A stretch of DNA of 64,000 bases from Eledone cirrhosa (Eukaryota). Under the pieces are notes generated by a model, which saw only the letters and a list, made by a program, of their open reading frames with translations, did no database searches and was not told the DNA's origin. Numbering within the stretch: position 1 is the first letter of the stretch; each line of letters begins with the position of its first letter. The DNA lies in assembly GCA_964016885.1 (NCBI GenBank), contig OZ024745.1:63984001-64048000 (forward strand). The letters run 5' to 3'. The translations under genes and the position numbers were made by a program. Below, one piece after another: positions 27,761 through 44,745 of this stretch.

Positions 27761-28251
27761 TATATATATATATATGTATGTATATATATATATGTTTGTG
27801 TATATATATAAATGTGTGTATATATATATATATGCATTCGTGAGTTTTGTACCGAATAAAGATAATTGTTTCTACTTTTGGCACAAGGCCAGCAATTAAC
27901 CAGTACATTACTGGTACTGGGTAATTGCTGGCCTCTATTCGATTCGTTTTCAAGCAGACAACCTCATGACGCTATGTGTTTTAGACGACTATCGTCATCC
28001 ATTTGTTCTTGCGGTGGCAGAGAGAAACAATCGACAATTATTTATGGGTTATTGCCCTTTGTCAAGATTGTGTATTTCACTTTTCTATCACACACTAGAA
28101 CTCTTTAAAATATATAGTATGCAAATTAGGCTAATCAGCCGATTTATACTTTAGAAACAATTGTCTCTCTGCCACCGCTAGAACAAAAGAATGACAATAG
28201 TCGTCTAAAATACATAGCATTATGATGCAGCTTGCCTCCAAACGAATCGAA

Positions 28252-28317
<66 letters not shown>

Positions 28318-28380
28318 CCAATATAAAACAAACGCTGTATTAGAGCGAAAACTAAAACTAATTATATATATATATATACG

Positions 28381-28646
<266 letters not shown>

Positions 28647-28887
28647 TATATATATATTTATATATATGTATATATATATACTGACATATTTATTTAGTTA
28701 GTGGATTCAGTCATGAGGCCATGCTGCGTACTAACCAATCTATAACTACTATTATCACTCCCAACCCACACAAATACTATCATCAACCCCCACTATCACC
28801 GCTGCCAATTCCCATCCCATATATATACATATGTATTTTCACTTGTGTAGGACATCTCGTTTTTTTTATTTTTAAAAATCTCATTTT

Positions 28888-28947
<60 letters not shown>

Positions 28948-28948
<1 letters not shown>

Positions 28949-29106
28949 GATGTTTTTACATTGAGCTACTTAACTTACTGGTAATAAGGTAGTAATACAT
29001 TACTGCCTACCACTATTTAGGGTGTGTGTAAAATACTTACAACTGTGTAAAATACTTACAACTGCTTAAGGTTTTGTGTTTACATAACCATAAATAGTAT
29101 AACTAA

Positions 29107-29111
<5 letters not shown>
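28948..29111 (+). mobile_element. Family E 3' fragment
   Basis: Near identical to 36365-36508 with a ~19 bp tandem duplication (TGTGTAAAATACTTACAAC). Confidence 0.85.
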
Positions 29112-29159
<48 letters not shown>

Positions 29160-29161
<2 letters not shown>

Positions 29162-29660
29162 AGTAAGTTCATAGAATCATCAGATAAAATATATATATAT
29201 ACAGTATTTCTTCTCCCAAACAGCATAATCAACCACAAAAAAAATCATTTATCTGAGGCTATAAGTTTAAAATATACCTATGAAGAAATAAATTATAGCT
29301 TTTTATCCGCGATTCACAGCCCACAGAAAATTTACCTAGTATTTCTGATAGCCTGTAGAAATTGATTAGATATATAGTTAACCATACATAATTAGGTATA
29401 ATATCAAAGTTAGAATAAAAAATGTACATAAACATACCAAAATCATCAACATCTATCTATACCCCCGGGGGTTTCATTCACTTTTTGGATATATCCGATC
29501 TTGGATAAAACAAACGAGTTTGGAAATCATCAGGAGATAAAATCAATTGGACAAAGATTTTTCTTAAATGATCCCCGCCAGAAACGAATTCAAAATGGCT
29601 AAGTATTGTCACGTGGCCAGTGGTCAAGTCAGAAAGCTTGTGATTGGTGCTTGTCGGCGA
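29160..29660 (-). mobile_element. Family D element with long-stem-II hammerhead at 29452-29541
   Basis: Minus TTTATCTC-CTGATGA-TTTC...~45 nt...GAAT-GAAA-CCCCCGGGGG-TA-TAGATAGA; colinear with 37380-37812. Confidence 0.7.
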
Positions 29661-29749
29661 GTATATATATATATATTTTTTTTTCACTCGTGTAGGACAT
29701 CTCGTTTTTCATTTAAAAAACCTCATTTTCTTATATATATATATATATG

Positions 29750-29851
<102 letters not shown>

Positions 29852-30337
29852 TATAATGTTGGTTGTTGGTTGTAATATTATGGTCGTGATAATGGGGGTA
29901 GGGATTGAGGTGTGTGTTAGTTATGTTTTAAAGTTGCTGGAGGTGACTTCGTCGTAGTGGTCGCTGTTTATTGGAGTTGTGACTGTTGATATGATGGAAT
30001 AGTTGCGAATTCAAATGGATTTTTTTGTGATAATAGTCGCTATATAGGGAGTCATGCAGCTGGTGGTTTGCTTTATTTTTTGCTTTTTTTTTCTCTTTTT
30101 TTTTTGTTATCTTAATGATAGCTGTCAAAGAATTGGTACTGATGTTGGTAACAGCCATCGTGGTGATTGTGATGGTAATTGTGATGGTGATTGTGAGTTC
30201 TCATCAGCAATTGTAGCGTTGATAGTTTAGGAGTAATAAATAATAACTTTGCTATATAACCTTTCGGGAATCATTAAAATAAGTACGAATTGTTGTGGTG
30301 TGATTATAATTGACTGTTTCTTCCTATATAATTTGTG

Positions 30338-30425
<88 letters not shown>

Positions 30426-30534
30426 AATATATAGTAATAATAATAAATTTGAAGACTAAAATCCAAAGAGGGCTCGATAACGATAAATAAATATCAAATA
30501 TATAAGAACCTTAGAGTAAATATTTATTATTTTA

Positions 30535-30590
<56 letters not shown>

Positions 30591-30667
30591 AATGTAACGT
30601 CCAGTTACTGTAGGTTCACCAGATGCATAGTTTCCAGTAAGTATAGAGGTGTAGAACAAAGCAGAGT

Positions 30668-30788
30668 GTAATAAATGTTTCTACTATTGGCACAAGGCCA
30701 GCAAATACCCAGTACATTACTGGTACTTTATTTTATCGACCCCGTAAGGATGAAAGGCAAAGTTAACCTCGGCGGGATTTGAACTCAA
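30668..30788 (-). mobile_element. SINE 3' half
   Basis: ACTGGTACTTTATTTTATCGACCCCGTAAGGATGAAAGGC...GATTTGAACTC. Confidence 0.85.
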
Positions 30789-32794
30789 TATATGTGACAG
30801 TGTGTGTGTGTATACATATATATATATATATGTGTGTGTATATGTGTGTGTGTGTCTATGACCAGTGTATATAGATCACAGACACCCACATACATATATG
30901 TATATATATGTAGACAAGCACGCACATTTACATACACACACGTATATATGAGCCTTCCAGTTTCATTTCACATTATATACATGTCTGTATATTTTAATTA
31001 TTTAAAAATTATTTTTAAGTGAACATGATTTTTCAAAAATATTTTGAAGTGAACGTGACGCAACGGGTCATGGGTGGTCTATTTGTAAATAAACCTTCTG
31101 AAAGACTCTAATTGCCATTCCAATGTCTTTTTCATATAGTTTTACCCGTGTGAAACATATAAAACAGCCTTACTCTCGAATATATTTATATAACATATGC
31201 ATGATAACATGATGCATCCTCCGTGCATTCCATTATTCAATTGTTCGATCAACTGAGCGTCATATTTGTTCAATTTACGTGTAACTGACTGGGTATTCCC
31301 CCAACAACCTGTACCCTTAACAACATTCTCAACCATACTCAACGTGACGCAATGTGACATTGAATTACAGGAAAAACATACCCAGCGTCGAGTGAGATTA
31401 GGAAGACATAGTGTCATGAGTAAAGCAAAATGCTGTAGTTGTATCGGTGTTTGCTATAATAGTGCTTTTGTTGGTGTTTAACCCCAGGTCAGTCGTGATA
31501 GCGTCATTTGAAAACCAAATGGTGTTTCAGCCTTGACCAAGCCATCACATTTTCATAAACATAGTATCAAGAATTGCCCTATCCAACGTATCCTTCATTG
31601 TTGAAAAAACAACGATGGGATTTGAGGTCTATTTGGATGTTATTTGTAAAGCTCCTTAACACAACAAGAGATATGTAAGTTGTTGGTTGTTGCTATGTAG
31701 CTAAAAGCCAGCACTGGTGCTACATAATAACAATTATAGTTTTAATGATGATGCGATTAATGGCACTGATCGTATTATCGATACAATAGTAATAGTGACC
31801 GTAGTCGTCGTAGTTGTGGTGGTGGTGGTGGTGGTAATAGTAGTGACCTTAACCGTGATGATGACGGTTGGTCAGTGTTGTGGAGATAATGGTAGGGGAA
31901 TAGTCGAGAAAATGGATATATCGATAGTGTTCGATGGAAGGGTGGAGAATGGAGTTGCTGAGATAGAATGCGGAAAATAAAAATGTTAAGGGGTTAGAAG
32001 AGTATTAGTGGTGATTTGTTTATGCGGATATCCGGGTGTATTTGTGTTTGAGTATATGTGCCTTTATTGGTGCTCGTGTATACAAGCGTGGGTGTGTTTT
32101 TGTAGGTGAATATTATCTTTGTATTATTTATTTGTTATTTTTTCGTTGATCGTCAGCTCTGATGTTAGATATAGCCATTGTAAAAATTAAAACAATAAAA
32201 AGCATTATCTTTACAGGATGTGTCTTAATTTAAATTGGCGTTTAAATCGAATAACATTCTAATTATTTATTTATTTAGAAATATTTCCTAATTTCGACTA
32301 TCAAATATCAGAAATAAAAAATCCCTTTCTATCCATAATTAATCAATGAAAGAAAGGAAATTTGTTAAAAAATTATTTATTAATCTCGTGCACAAAGGCA
32401 CTAGAGTTTGTTAATGCTTGATGTTTCCCTAATTTCCCTTAATTTGAACTATCCATCAATTGATGAACAGGCTCACTGACATTTCGTTCCAGAAAAATCT
32501 AATATATTTCATGGCACGTAAGTGAAATGAATCTGAGTAGAAGTTATTTACTAGCCTACAAATTAAACGAGATTTGATCGAGCGGACAAAAAAGCTACGC
32601 TTACCTCTGGCCTCGTGGTGATTTAAACTCAGAACGCAATGAGTCGAAATAAAGCCCAGAATGTGTGTTGCATGACTAGTCGACGTCTCTGATAATTTGG
32701 TACCTATAAATATTAAATATGTTTGCTTTTACTCCACTATTGTGCTTGATGCCAAAACCGCCGCTACAAAAGAGTTATCAGCCATTACCTTATG

Positions 32795-33205
32795 CTGTAC
32801 CTTCGTTACTGGTGGTTTAGTTTATCGATCCCGTAAGGATGAAAACCAAAGCTAACATCGTCTGGATTTGAACTCAAAACGTAAAGGGCCGTAACTATAT
32901 TCCACAAAGCATGTTGTCCGACGCTCTACTGATACTGCCAATGCACCACCCTAATAATAATGGTTTCTGATTTAAGCACAAGGCCAGCAATGTTTAGGAA
33001 GGGGAGAGTCGATTAAATTGACTCCAGTGTGTGACTGGTACTTTATTTTATCGACCCCGTAAGGATAAAAGGAAAGTTAACCTCGGCGGGATTTGAACTC
33101 AGATCACAAAGGGTCGTAACTCTATGCTGCAAAGCATGGCGTCCGATCCTCTACCGATACTGCCAATACCCCGCCCTAATAATCATAATAATAATGGTTT
33201 CTGAT
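32795..33205 (-). mobile_element. Two tandem SINE copies
   Basis: Two reverse-complement units ending ~32953 and ~33177. Confidence 0.85.
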
Positions 33206-33417
33206 TTAGTATCCAGACCCAAACGATATTAGTTTCTAACTAACATAATAGTTATAGAAATGTGAGTTACTCACTAATGCTATAGATATTTGAAGTTTGT
33301 TAATGCACTTATTCTGCATTTGTGTTCTGCTCTATTTCTGAGAATCTTTATCTGATCATTCCTAATAAAATGTCTCTGGTACTGGGCAGAAAAAATTATG
33401 CCTCGAAAGACGTCATT

Positions 33418-33609
33418 AGGTGATTATTGACAGTATCGGTAGAGGGTCGGGCGTCATGCTTTGACGCATAGTGTTACGGCCCTTTCTATTCTGAGTTCAA
33501 ATCCCGCCGAGGTCAACTTTGCCTTTCATCCTTACGGGCTCGATAAAATAAAGTACCAGTAATGTACTGGGTAATTTGCTGGCCTTGTGCCAAAAGTAGA
33601 AACAATTAA
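33418..33609 (+). mobile_element. SINE copy
   Basis: Full consensus. Confidence 0.9.
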
Positions 33610-34309
33610 GTGATTATTTGTACCTTCTAAAATCAACTTTGAAATTCTTGATAATTAGGAATTTAACGTTAATCATGATCGGTATAAATAATGAAAAGCA
33701 AGAAATGAACTCCTGATGAGGACTGAGTCATATTGGTATAATTCCCGATTAATGTTACTTCCTTTTCGTCCAAACCTATTACATAAACGTTATAACATCC
33801 GATTTTTCAAACTTTATATTTTAAGGATCTTGTGTAAAATCGATGAATCAAATTTATATAAACATATTACATCTAATATGGACATTTTAGAGCTTAGTCG
33901 AAGTAAAAGAATACTGACGATACACGGAGAGAAAGCAGTGGAAAAGATTTGAACTCTTAACCAGTTAAAGTTAGATAAGGTTATCTAACCTGCATCTCAA
34001 TTATTGGCATTATAAAAGTTCACGTTACACCAGTGCCGTTAATCTTTTATATTTGGTAATAATTCAGGTCAAACATTAATCGGGTCCTATGGGCTTTATC
34101 AACTAATTAAACTAAACTAAATGGTCCTGTAATATTCTGTTCAAAGGTTATGACAATTTATATGAGTAGAATGGTCAAAACTCAAACGAAATGTTAACGA
34201 CTTCTGGTTAAATGCCCCACCAATTAAATTATGGCCTGGCGTTTGCGATTGATAATATAAAGAATGGATTATCAACACAGACCAGAAAACGTTTACTTCA
34301 AAGGATATT

Positions 34310-34381
<72 letters not shown>

Positions 34382-34383
34382 CT

Positions 34384-34450
<67 letters not shown>

Positions 34451-34453
34451 GCG

Positions 34454-34484
<31 letters not shown>

Positions 34485-34499
34485 ATATATATATATATA

Positions 34500-34545
<46 letters not shown>

Positions 34546-34942
34546 TGTGTGCGTATTTATGTGTATGCGTGCGTGCGAGCGTACTTATATACATATGATT
34601 ATGAAGCGGACTTCCTACCCCACAACCATGCCTACGTTCTCTAAGAAGAAAATATTCCGAGTTCGATCTCTTATGTATGGACTCTTGGCCAAGTGACTTT
34701 TACCATAGCTTGAACGTGATCAAGATTTGTGAGTAAAATGGATAAACGCGAATTATGAGAGATCCTTTCTGGTTGACCACCCGTAATTGAAAGGGCCAGC
34801 TGTTACACATTGTTTCACAGTGATCTTGTTCGACGATTACGTTAAGGTTATAAGGTACTCCACTACTTACAAGATATACTTCAATGAGTTCACTTAATTG
34901 GAATACTCATCATCGAAACCGATGAAGAATCCACTTAATTTC

Positions 34943-35002
<60 letters not shown>

Positions 35003-35569
35003 TCAGATTTTGACGCTATACATTTTAATTTGGTTTCGTAGCATTTTTCTGAAACACACATCAAGTAGAATGTATATTGGCACCAATAAAGATGGAGATA
35101 ATGGGATAACTTTATAAATGCTTTCCAGAAACAATAAATCAGAAACGGATAAAACAAACGCGCAATGCGTGGGTGACAAATGCAATGATTTCGGGTAGCA
35201 TCCAATACATAGGAAATGACTTTTATGTAAAGCTGAGCATCTAACAAAATTTTAAAATTCAGGCTATAACCAATGCTACTAGCAAAAGAGCAAAGAAAAG
35301 TATCGTTTGTGGTGTGAGATAGCAACAGATAATAAAAGGAGTAGTTTCATTTCAAAGAACGGGGAATTATATATTTAATCAATATAAGCGTAGGCCAAAT
35401 AACAAATCGTTTTACTTGCAAAGGAGTGACATCACTTTCATTCAGTTAGTTACATGAAACTGATAAGCACAATGTAATTTATAAAGTATTAGATGAAATA
35501 TTAGTGGTCTATGCATGCGCAACAGTGTGTGTAAGAAGAATGTTGCAAGAAAAATGGAACAAATAAAAG

Positions 35570-37379
<1,810 letters not shown>

Positions 37380-37380
<1 letters not shown>

Positions 37381-37812
37381 CATAAAACATGTCTATAGAA
37401 TCACAAGATAAAATATATACTATTTCCTCTCCCAATTAGCATAATTAACTATATAAAAAATCGAATAGACCAGGCTATACGAATGAGGCTTCTATGAAGG
37501 AATCTCCGACAAATAACCAAAACTAGCGCTTCGCGTTGGCCGTAGCGGAATATTTATCGAATATTTCGACAGCGTAATCGCCTAGATATAGTCAACTAAA
37601 CAGAATTAAGTTTAAAATAAACTAGGAGAAAATAGAATACATTTAAATACCTCTACCATGGTTTCGTCCGTGTTTTGAGTTTTCCAATAATTATGTAATA
37701 ATTATATAAACTCGAGCGCCGGATTCTTCAGGAAGCTCGCTCATATCTAGACATTAAATTTTCCAAAGCGATCGCGCCAAGAATTCATTTCAAAATGGCT
37801 AAAAATCGTGAC
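37380..37812 (-). mobile_element. Family D element with long-stem-II hammerhead at 37649-37736
   Basis: Minus GCTTC-CTGAAGA-A-TCCG...GAGTTT...AAACTC...CGGA-C-GAAA-CCATGG-TA-GAGGT. Confidence 0.8.
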
Positions 37813-37821
37813 ATATACATA

Positions 37822-37894
<73 letters not shown>

Positions 37895-37921
37895 ATATAT
37901 ATATATATGTATATATATGTA

Positions 37922-38076
<155 letters not shown>

Positions 38077-38507
38077 GTGTGTGTGTATATATATTCTTCT
38101 GAACTGTACTGTACTATACATCGGAGCGTTCTTGGATGAGATGATTCTAATAGCGTATCAGAAGAGGTGCTAACACTACAGCCAGCCTTCCTCCATTTCT
38201 GGAGAAAGGGTACTATGAATGATGTCCCACAGCGCTCCTCATGGTGCAATGTAGTTGATTCCAAGTCCAAAAGAGAGAGAGAAGGGAGACACCAAGAAAA
38301 TAATCTCTCCCAAGAGTGGAATGCTTCAATCGTTATTGACCTTTTTGGGGGTTTTTATTTATTGACTGGAGCCAGAGAGTTAAAACAACAGCTGGAGGTA
38401 GATTCTATCAAACGCTCTAACGACTCTGGAAATGTTGTTCCCCAAAACACACACACACACACGCGCGCGTACATAAATATATATATATGTGTGTGTGTGG
38501 GGGGGGG

Positions 38508-38602
<95 letters not shown>

Positions 38603-38659
38603 AGTGTGTGTATGTATGTACACACGTTTCGGTGTTGTTGTATACATGCATATATGTTT

Positions 38660-38699
<40 letters not shown>

Positions 38700-38714
38700 A
38701 GCATATATTCAAAT

Positions 38715-38913
38715 TACATGACTCGCTTGAAGGTGTGTTTGAAGATTCTAGCCTAACGATTCTCTCAGAAAGAAGAAGAAGAAGAAGAAGAAGAAGAAGA
38801 AGAAGAAGAAGAAGAAGAAGAAGAAGAAGAAGAAGAAGAAGAAGAAGAAGAAGAAGAAGAAGAAGAAGAAGAAGAAGAAGAAGAAGAAGAAGAAGAAGAA
38901 GAAGAAGAAGAAG

Positions 38914-38945
<32 letters not shown>

Positions 38946-38957
38946 GAAGAAGAAGAA
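38715..38957 (+). mobile_element. RTE extreme 3' end with expanded (AAG)n tail
   Basis: GACTCGCTTGAAGGTGTGTTTGAAG...TCTCAGAA resembles 12530-12590 and 49410-49472; followed by ~60 AAG units. Confidence 0.7.
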
Positions 38958-39271
38958 CTTTTCCATACAATTACACTCAGTAACATCCATGTGAAAGCAG
39001 TGACTGTGATTACAAATGTAAATTCCTTATATTATATTTGCAATGCAAATTTTAAATGAGCTATTTTATTGTCTAAAACCCTCAACTTTTTCAAGCGTTT
39101 ACACATAGCAACAAAACGAAGTGCACCAATGTTTATAGCTACAAATTAAATTCAACTTCTTGATATAAAGGATTTTAGATTTCGAAACAATTGACAACAA
39201 ATGTTTTCTTTCTCAATAATTTTGAATAACAGATTCACACCCGTTAGCAGGGGTGAAATTGTCAGTGAATA

Positions 39272-39430
39272 GGTGGTGAATTGGCAGAGTCTTTAGAAAG
39301 CCGGATAGAATGCTTTGCGGTGTTTGTTTCGGCACTCTGCAGTCTGAGTTTAAATCCCGCCGAGGTCAACATTGTTTTTCATCCTTTCGAGGTCGTTAAA
39401 ATAGTACCAGTATAGTATTAGGGATCGATT
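39272..39430 (+). mobile_element. Diverged SINE copy
   Basis: GGTGGTGAATTGGCAGAG...GAGTTTAAATCCCGCCGAGGTCAAC...TTTCATCCTTTCGAGGTCG. Confidence 0.75.
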
Positions 39431-40729
39431 CTTCCTCTATCTCTTTCTCACATCCCCGCTATCACTTTCTATCCATCACTGGAAAAAATGGGCTCCTCCA
39501 GGCTTTAAAATGCTTAAGAAATACCATATGCCACTACAGTACCCAAACAGGAGTTACATATCATACGACCTGCTGGCACTTAGCTTCCACAATAGCATAT
39601 AGATTTAGGTTTTTGTCTCAAACATCTATATCAGTATTGTCTATGTTTGAATTTAGTGGAAGATTTTATGGGAGTGATCCAGTAGTATGTGTTATATATA
39701 TATCTCAGCGCCCTCCTTCCTACGTTGTATATTCTAACAATAAAAATTCCTTGCCTCATCAATGTATATATATGCATCATTGAAACATGTTCTGGAAGCA
39801 TGCAAAGGATAAAAAAAGGCAAAGCACGAACGTAAACAAAGGAAAGCCGGTACTCCATTTCTACATGGTATTAATGGCTAGATGGTACAGAGGGATTTGA
39901 AGAAAGCAACTCTAATCCCAAGCCATATTGTTATAACATTGCAAAAGCCTGACCTTATGGCATGGTCTACACACAATAGTCTTGATTATTGAATTAACGG
40001 TGCCTTGGGAAAGCAATATGCAGGGAACGCATTAAGCATTAACGAAGGAGCATAAAATACGAAGGAGGTTAATAGTATACGGTGCTTTCCGCATACTTGA
40101 GATGTCACAGATATGTAGCCTTACATAGCTGGTATTGATTCATGTTCTGGACTGGGAAAAATAAACTGCTTCATGATAGGTATGGCAGAAGATTTTGGGA
40201 CAAAGAGAGATGCTGAGACAAAAAAAAATTATCAGCTTGTTGTGGTGGCCGCATACATATGAAAGAACGTTAGGGACTAAAAAATCCGGACATTCTCCGT
40301 TAGCATGAGTGATGATTGGAACCACTGAAGAGAGTGAGGTTAGCGGAAGTTGCTGAAATCCACAAGACCAACAATCGACAATGCAAGCTATGTGATGTAT
40401 AAGATAACGATTCACATGAAAATGTTTTTGTATTGCATATCAAACGTTACATATATACCACAGATAATTGGCTTTACATTTTTATCAATATGATCAACCT
40501 AACTCCAATATCGATCTGCTACTCAGATGTATGGACTCAAAGCTGGGGTTAGGTCTATCACATTCACAAAGACCTAGAGCCAATCATCAATGAAACTTAT
40601 GCAACGTGAGATATGTAATAAAAATATTTTAAACTGAAATTTCGTTATATTATACACAATTGGTTCCACTTACAGTAATCAATAAAATTACTGAACAAAC
40701 CACATTATATATATATGTGTGTGTGTGTG

Positions 40730-40911
40730 AAGCTTCGCAGCACAGAGTTACAACCCTTTACGTACTGAGTTCAAATCCTACCGAGGTTAGCTTTTCCTTT
40801 CATCCTTAGGGGGTCGATAAAATAAACTACCAGCAACGCACTGGGATCGACTTAATCGACTTTCCCCTCCCCCAAAATTGCTGGCCTTGTATCTAAAGTA
40901 GAAACAATTAT
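40730..40911 (+). mobile_element. SINE copy, 5' truncated
   Basis: B box, central domain and tail present. Confidence 0.85.
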
Positions 40912-40914
40912 ACA

Positions 40915-40986
<72 letters not shown>

Positions 40987-42322
40987 GTGGGGGGGGGGCG
41001 TGTTTGTGTGTGCGTGCGTATGTGTGTGTCTATAGGTTTGCGGCTGTTGATAGTTGCGTTTTGAAAGTTGCTTGTGTGTGTAGGCGACAGGGAGGATTGT
41101 GAATAGGTTTGTAGGTGTTTTATGAGTAGTAAATGCATGTGTGAATATGAGAGATTGAGCAATAGAATGGGTAGATGGAGATGATGATGATGATGATGAT
41201 GATAAGCAGAAAAATGAGGAGGAGGTTTAGGAAGATTATGTTGACGTCGATACCGGTGACGAACGATGATGAGTGTAACGATGATGGTGTCGACGATGAT
41301 GATAAAGAAAATAAAGAGCTGGTTGGGAATTGTACACGAAATCGATGGATTGTAGCAATATAAACAATAAAAGTAATATTTTGTAAATAAAGAGCGACTG
41401 ACCAAAATGTGAGCGTGTTTATTAACAGGAACTATCAAGTAAAGAGAGAGAGAAAGTGGGAAAAAAGGGAGACAGAAAGTGAGATTATAATGCACTCAGT
41501 TGTTTGTATTTTTCTGCATAAAAGTCAAAAATAAGAAATAAATTGAGAGAGGTCGAAGGGGGTAAACGAAATTAAGTAAGTGGGAGGTGATGTGAGAAAG
41601 AGAAGAGAAGGAATAAAAACACTTCGTTACCATTGGTTGATTCCGTGATGACGTCATTGAACTGTACTTTTCAACAGTTGGCAATATTGTTGAAAATGTG
41701 GTCAGATGTGCACTCTACGACAGTAAAGAATAAATAAAAGGTCATAGCATATTTGACAGCCAGTGTTTATCTATTTACTTATTTATCTTATATTTATTTT
41801 GTTTATGCATGTATTCATTTATTTATTTAGTTACTGAGGGAAGTATCGATATGTTGTATTGCTCGATATCAAAAAAGTTGCTTCAGATTATCATTTATTT
41901 ATTTATTATTTATTTATTCAATTTAAACGTCCGTATAGAGCTAGTCATCCATGACAGACTAGGGGATGTATCGAGTACCCCTTGCAGCTGGTAATCAAAT
42001 ACAGCTTAGTGAGACAATAAAAAATTAATTAGTAAAGGGTAAAGATAAAATAAAATAGAAATAAAATTTCAAATATTGAAGGCAAATTAGGCATAAAGAA
42101 AAAGTAAAAAATGGAAAATAGGTAACAAGGGAAGCTGTAAAACAGCCAGAAGCTTCTGTTGTTGAATTTGTCATAGCTTCCATGTACTAAAAAAATTTAG
42201 TTTATATTTGGTAGACCTGTAATCATATATTGAACTTCCAGTCTAGGTAGTTTCTTAATAACACTGAGAGTTGTTCATAAATGTATATTTATACGTACAC
42301 ACATTCATATATATATATATAT

Positions 42323-42488
42323 ATAGGAAAAAGTATGACCCCGACGGCAGAGCTCAAGCCGTTTCGACGGCTATTTCTGGACTCTGCCGTCGGGGTCATA
42401 CTTTTTCCTATTTCCCACTCTACTACCCTAAGTATCGAGTACTCTGGTGCGTTATGGTCCATCTGGTTCCTTACCACAATTCCTTTGT

Positions 42489-42490
<2 letters not shown>
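42323..42490. repeat. TA-flanked fold-back element: perfect 30 bp inverted arms with an inner UUCG hairpin
   Basis: ATAGGAAAAAGTATGACCCCGACGGCAGAG (42323-42352) / reverse complement (42382-42411); inner AGCCGT-TTCG-ACGGCT; diverged inverted relative at ~42685-42800. Confidence 0.85.
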
Positions 42491-42521
<31 letters not shown>

Positions 42522-42904
42522 ATTTATATATATATATATCTTTACTTACACACATAAAGGCATATGGGTGTATTTATGTGTGTGTGTATGTATGCAAGTA
42601 CGTATATCTAAGTGCCTGCGCATATATATATGTGTGTGTATAAGTCAGTGTAGAATGAGTTTAAACCTTGATAAATCATAATTCAAGAGACCACTCAATA
42701 CTTGGGGTAGTAGAGCATAGCTTTATTATAACGAGCCGAAACCCTACGACTGAGCTCTTGCCATTTCAAGGGCTATTTCCAATCTCGAATAGTTGAGTCA
42801 AACGAAATATCCTTTTTGTGTGACATAAAAATATTGAGTTGTTTAAACAAATTCACACTGGTATACTCAACAGCAGACACCACGCGAATACGCATTCAGA
42901 CATA

Positions 42905-43002
42905 AACACACACACACACAAACAAACAAACAAACAAACAAACAAACAAACAAACAAACAAACAAACAAACAAACAAACAAACAAACAAACAAACAAACA
43001 AA

Positions 43003-43084
<82 letters not shown>
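42905..43084. repeat. (CA)n(CAAA)n(CA)n microsatellite
   Basis: Direct reading. Confidence 0.95.
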
Positions 43085-43088
<4 letters not shown>

Positions 43089-44582
43089 TAATATGCCTTT
43101 CATCAATTCGGTGTTGATTAATAAATTACCAGTCCAAAGAGAGATTATTAGATAGTCGGGGGTAATCCTTTCCAATATAACATTCGACCATGTGTATTCT
43201 GCGTTTATCGACCTTTGCCTTTCCTAGCAATGATATTGCTGTCATTAAGAGGGGTGCTGGCTTTACTTGACCAGGTATACGTTTTCTATTGGAACTTTCC
43301 AGGGCAGATCTATGCTTATATGAGACATTGGCAAAAATTATTTAGCGAAGTCTACATATTTGGGTAAATTTGTATGAGGCGAGAGCCTCATTGTTTCGAG
43401 CAAAGCCATTCATCGAAGAAGAAAGCTTTAACAAGCTCCTGAAATGAAATTTTAATTTCTGGGTGAAAGAACGTACTTCACGTAGTTACAGTTGAGAAGA
43501 AGATTAGGAGTCAGCAAATTGTAATATTATTTCTTCATCACATATTTCATTATATTTTACCTATTTTTTATTGTTCGTTTTTGTTCGAAACATTATAAAA
43601 AGTTTTTCTCCACTTAATTATACACTATCTTTGGGGTGGCACCTGTATATTTACTTAGTGATTCAATAACTTCGAAAAGTAGGGTACGCGAGATTATAAT
43701 TCCACTAAAATTTCCAAATAAGAATGAAACATCCGGAGTTATATCTCATAGTGGTAGCGATCATCGTCGTGGATAGGGTGTTGTTCCAATCATTAAAAAC
43801 TTCTCCCTGCCACTGATATAAAATCACTTAACAGCGAGTCTCTACTAATGCTGTTGAGACAGTCAAGAATTTAATACATATATTTTTCCACTTCCTCTAA
43901 TATCAAACACCGTGAGTAGATAAAGGGGGGTGGGACTCTACGTAGATGACCCCCTTGTAATATGAAATTGCAACTTTAAATCTTGACCATTGTACATAAG
44001 GAATGGACAATCTCCACTTATACGTAATTCTCCTACCTTTAAAAGGCAAGATAATCATGTTATATCATACCTTTCATCATCTGTTTAACATAAGAATATT
44101 GTGCCATATCGGAAGAAATCAAATTTTTTAAACCTCCAGTAGTAAGTGCAGTATAAGGTTTCGATTTTCAGCACCGTGTAAATTTACGCACATTAGTCAT
44201 GCTCTTCAGCAAAATACGAATGTCATATGATCTAATTCTTCTTCTTAATGTTTTTAGATTTTAACATAAATAAGAAACTAATATTATGAAATTTTATATT
44301 ACATATCTGACACAGTAATATAGTAAATTAAATGCACTACGTTTTCGTAGGGTGTTCTATAGTAGAAAAAGATAAGGCAGGGGGGCAACATTCGTACAGC
44401 ATTTCTTCTGTTCTGTTAAATCCCGTCAGGATTTATTTTCCTTTGATTTCCATTCTCCCAGGTATCTCTAAGATAAAATACTAGATCAATGTAAATTCAT
44501 AACTGTCTACCTATTTTTGAAATGATTATTTGTTTAATGTGTATGAAGGCGGAAAAATTGTCTTCCAGTATTTAGTTATGTC

Positions 44583-44745
44583 AGGCGGTGAATTGGTAGA
44601 GTCGTTTGTGTGTCAAATTAAAAAAGGCCTCGGTATTTATTTTGGCTCATTGCACTTTGAGTTCAAATACCACCGAAGTCACCTTTGTCTTTCATCTTTC
44701 AGAGGTCGATAAATAAAACACTAATCCAGTAGAGGTAGTCGATTC
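44583..44745 (+). mobile_element. Diverged SINE copy
   Basis: AGGCGGTGAATTGGTAGA...GAGTTCAAATACC...TTTCATCTTTCAGAGGTCGATAAA. Confidence 0.7.

Noticed and set aside
33713-33790. CTGATGA-GGAC...GTCC-AAAC hammerhead-like motif
   Set aside because: GAAA is incomplete and no stem I or III could be formed.
41630-41662. ATTGG plus TGACGTCA (CCAAT and CRE-site) promoter-like pair
   Set aside because: Short motifs expected by chance; no linked gene visible.
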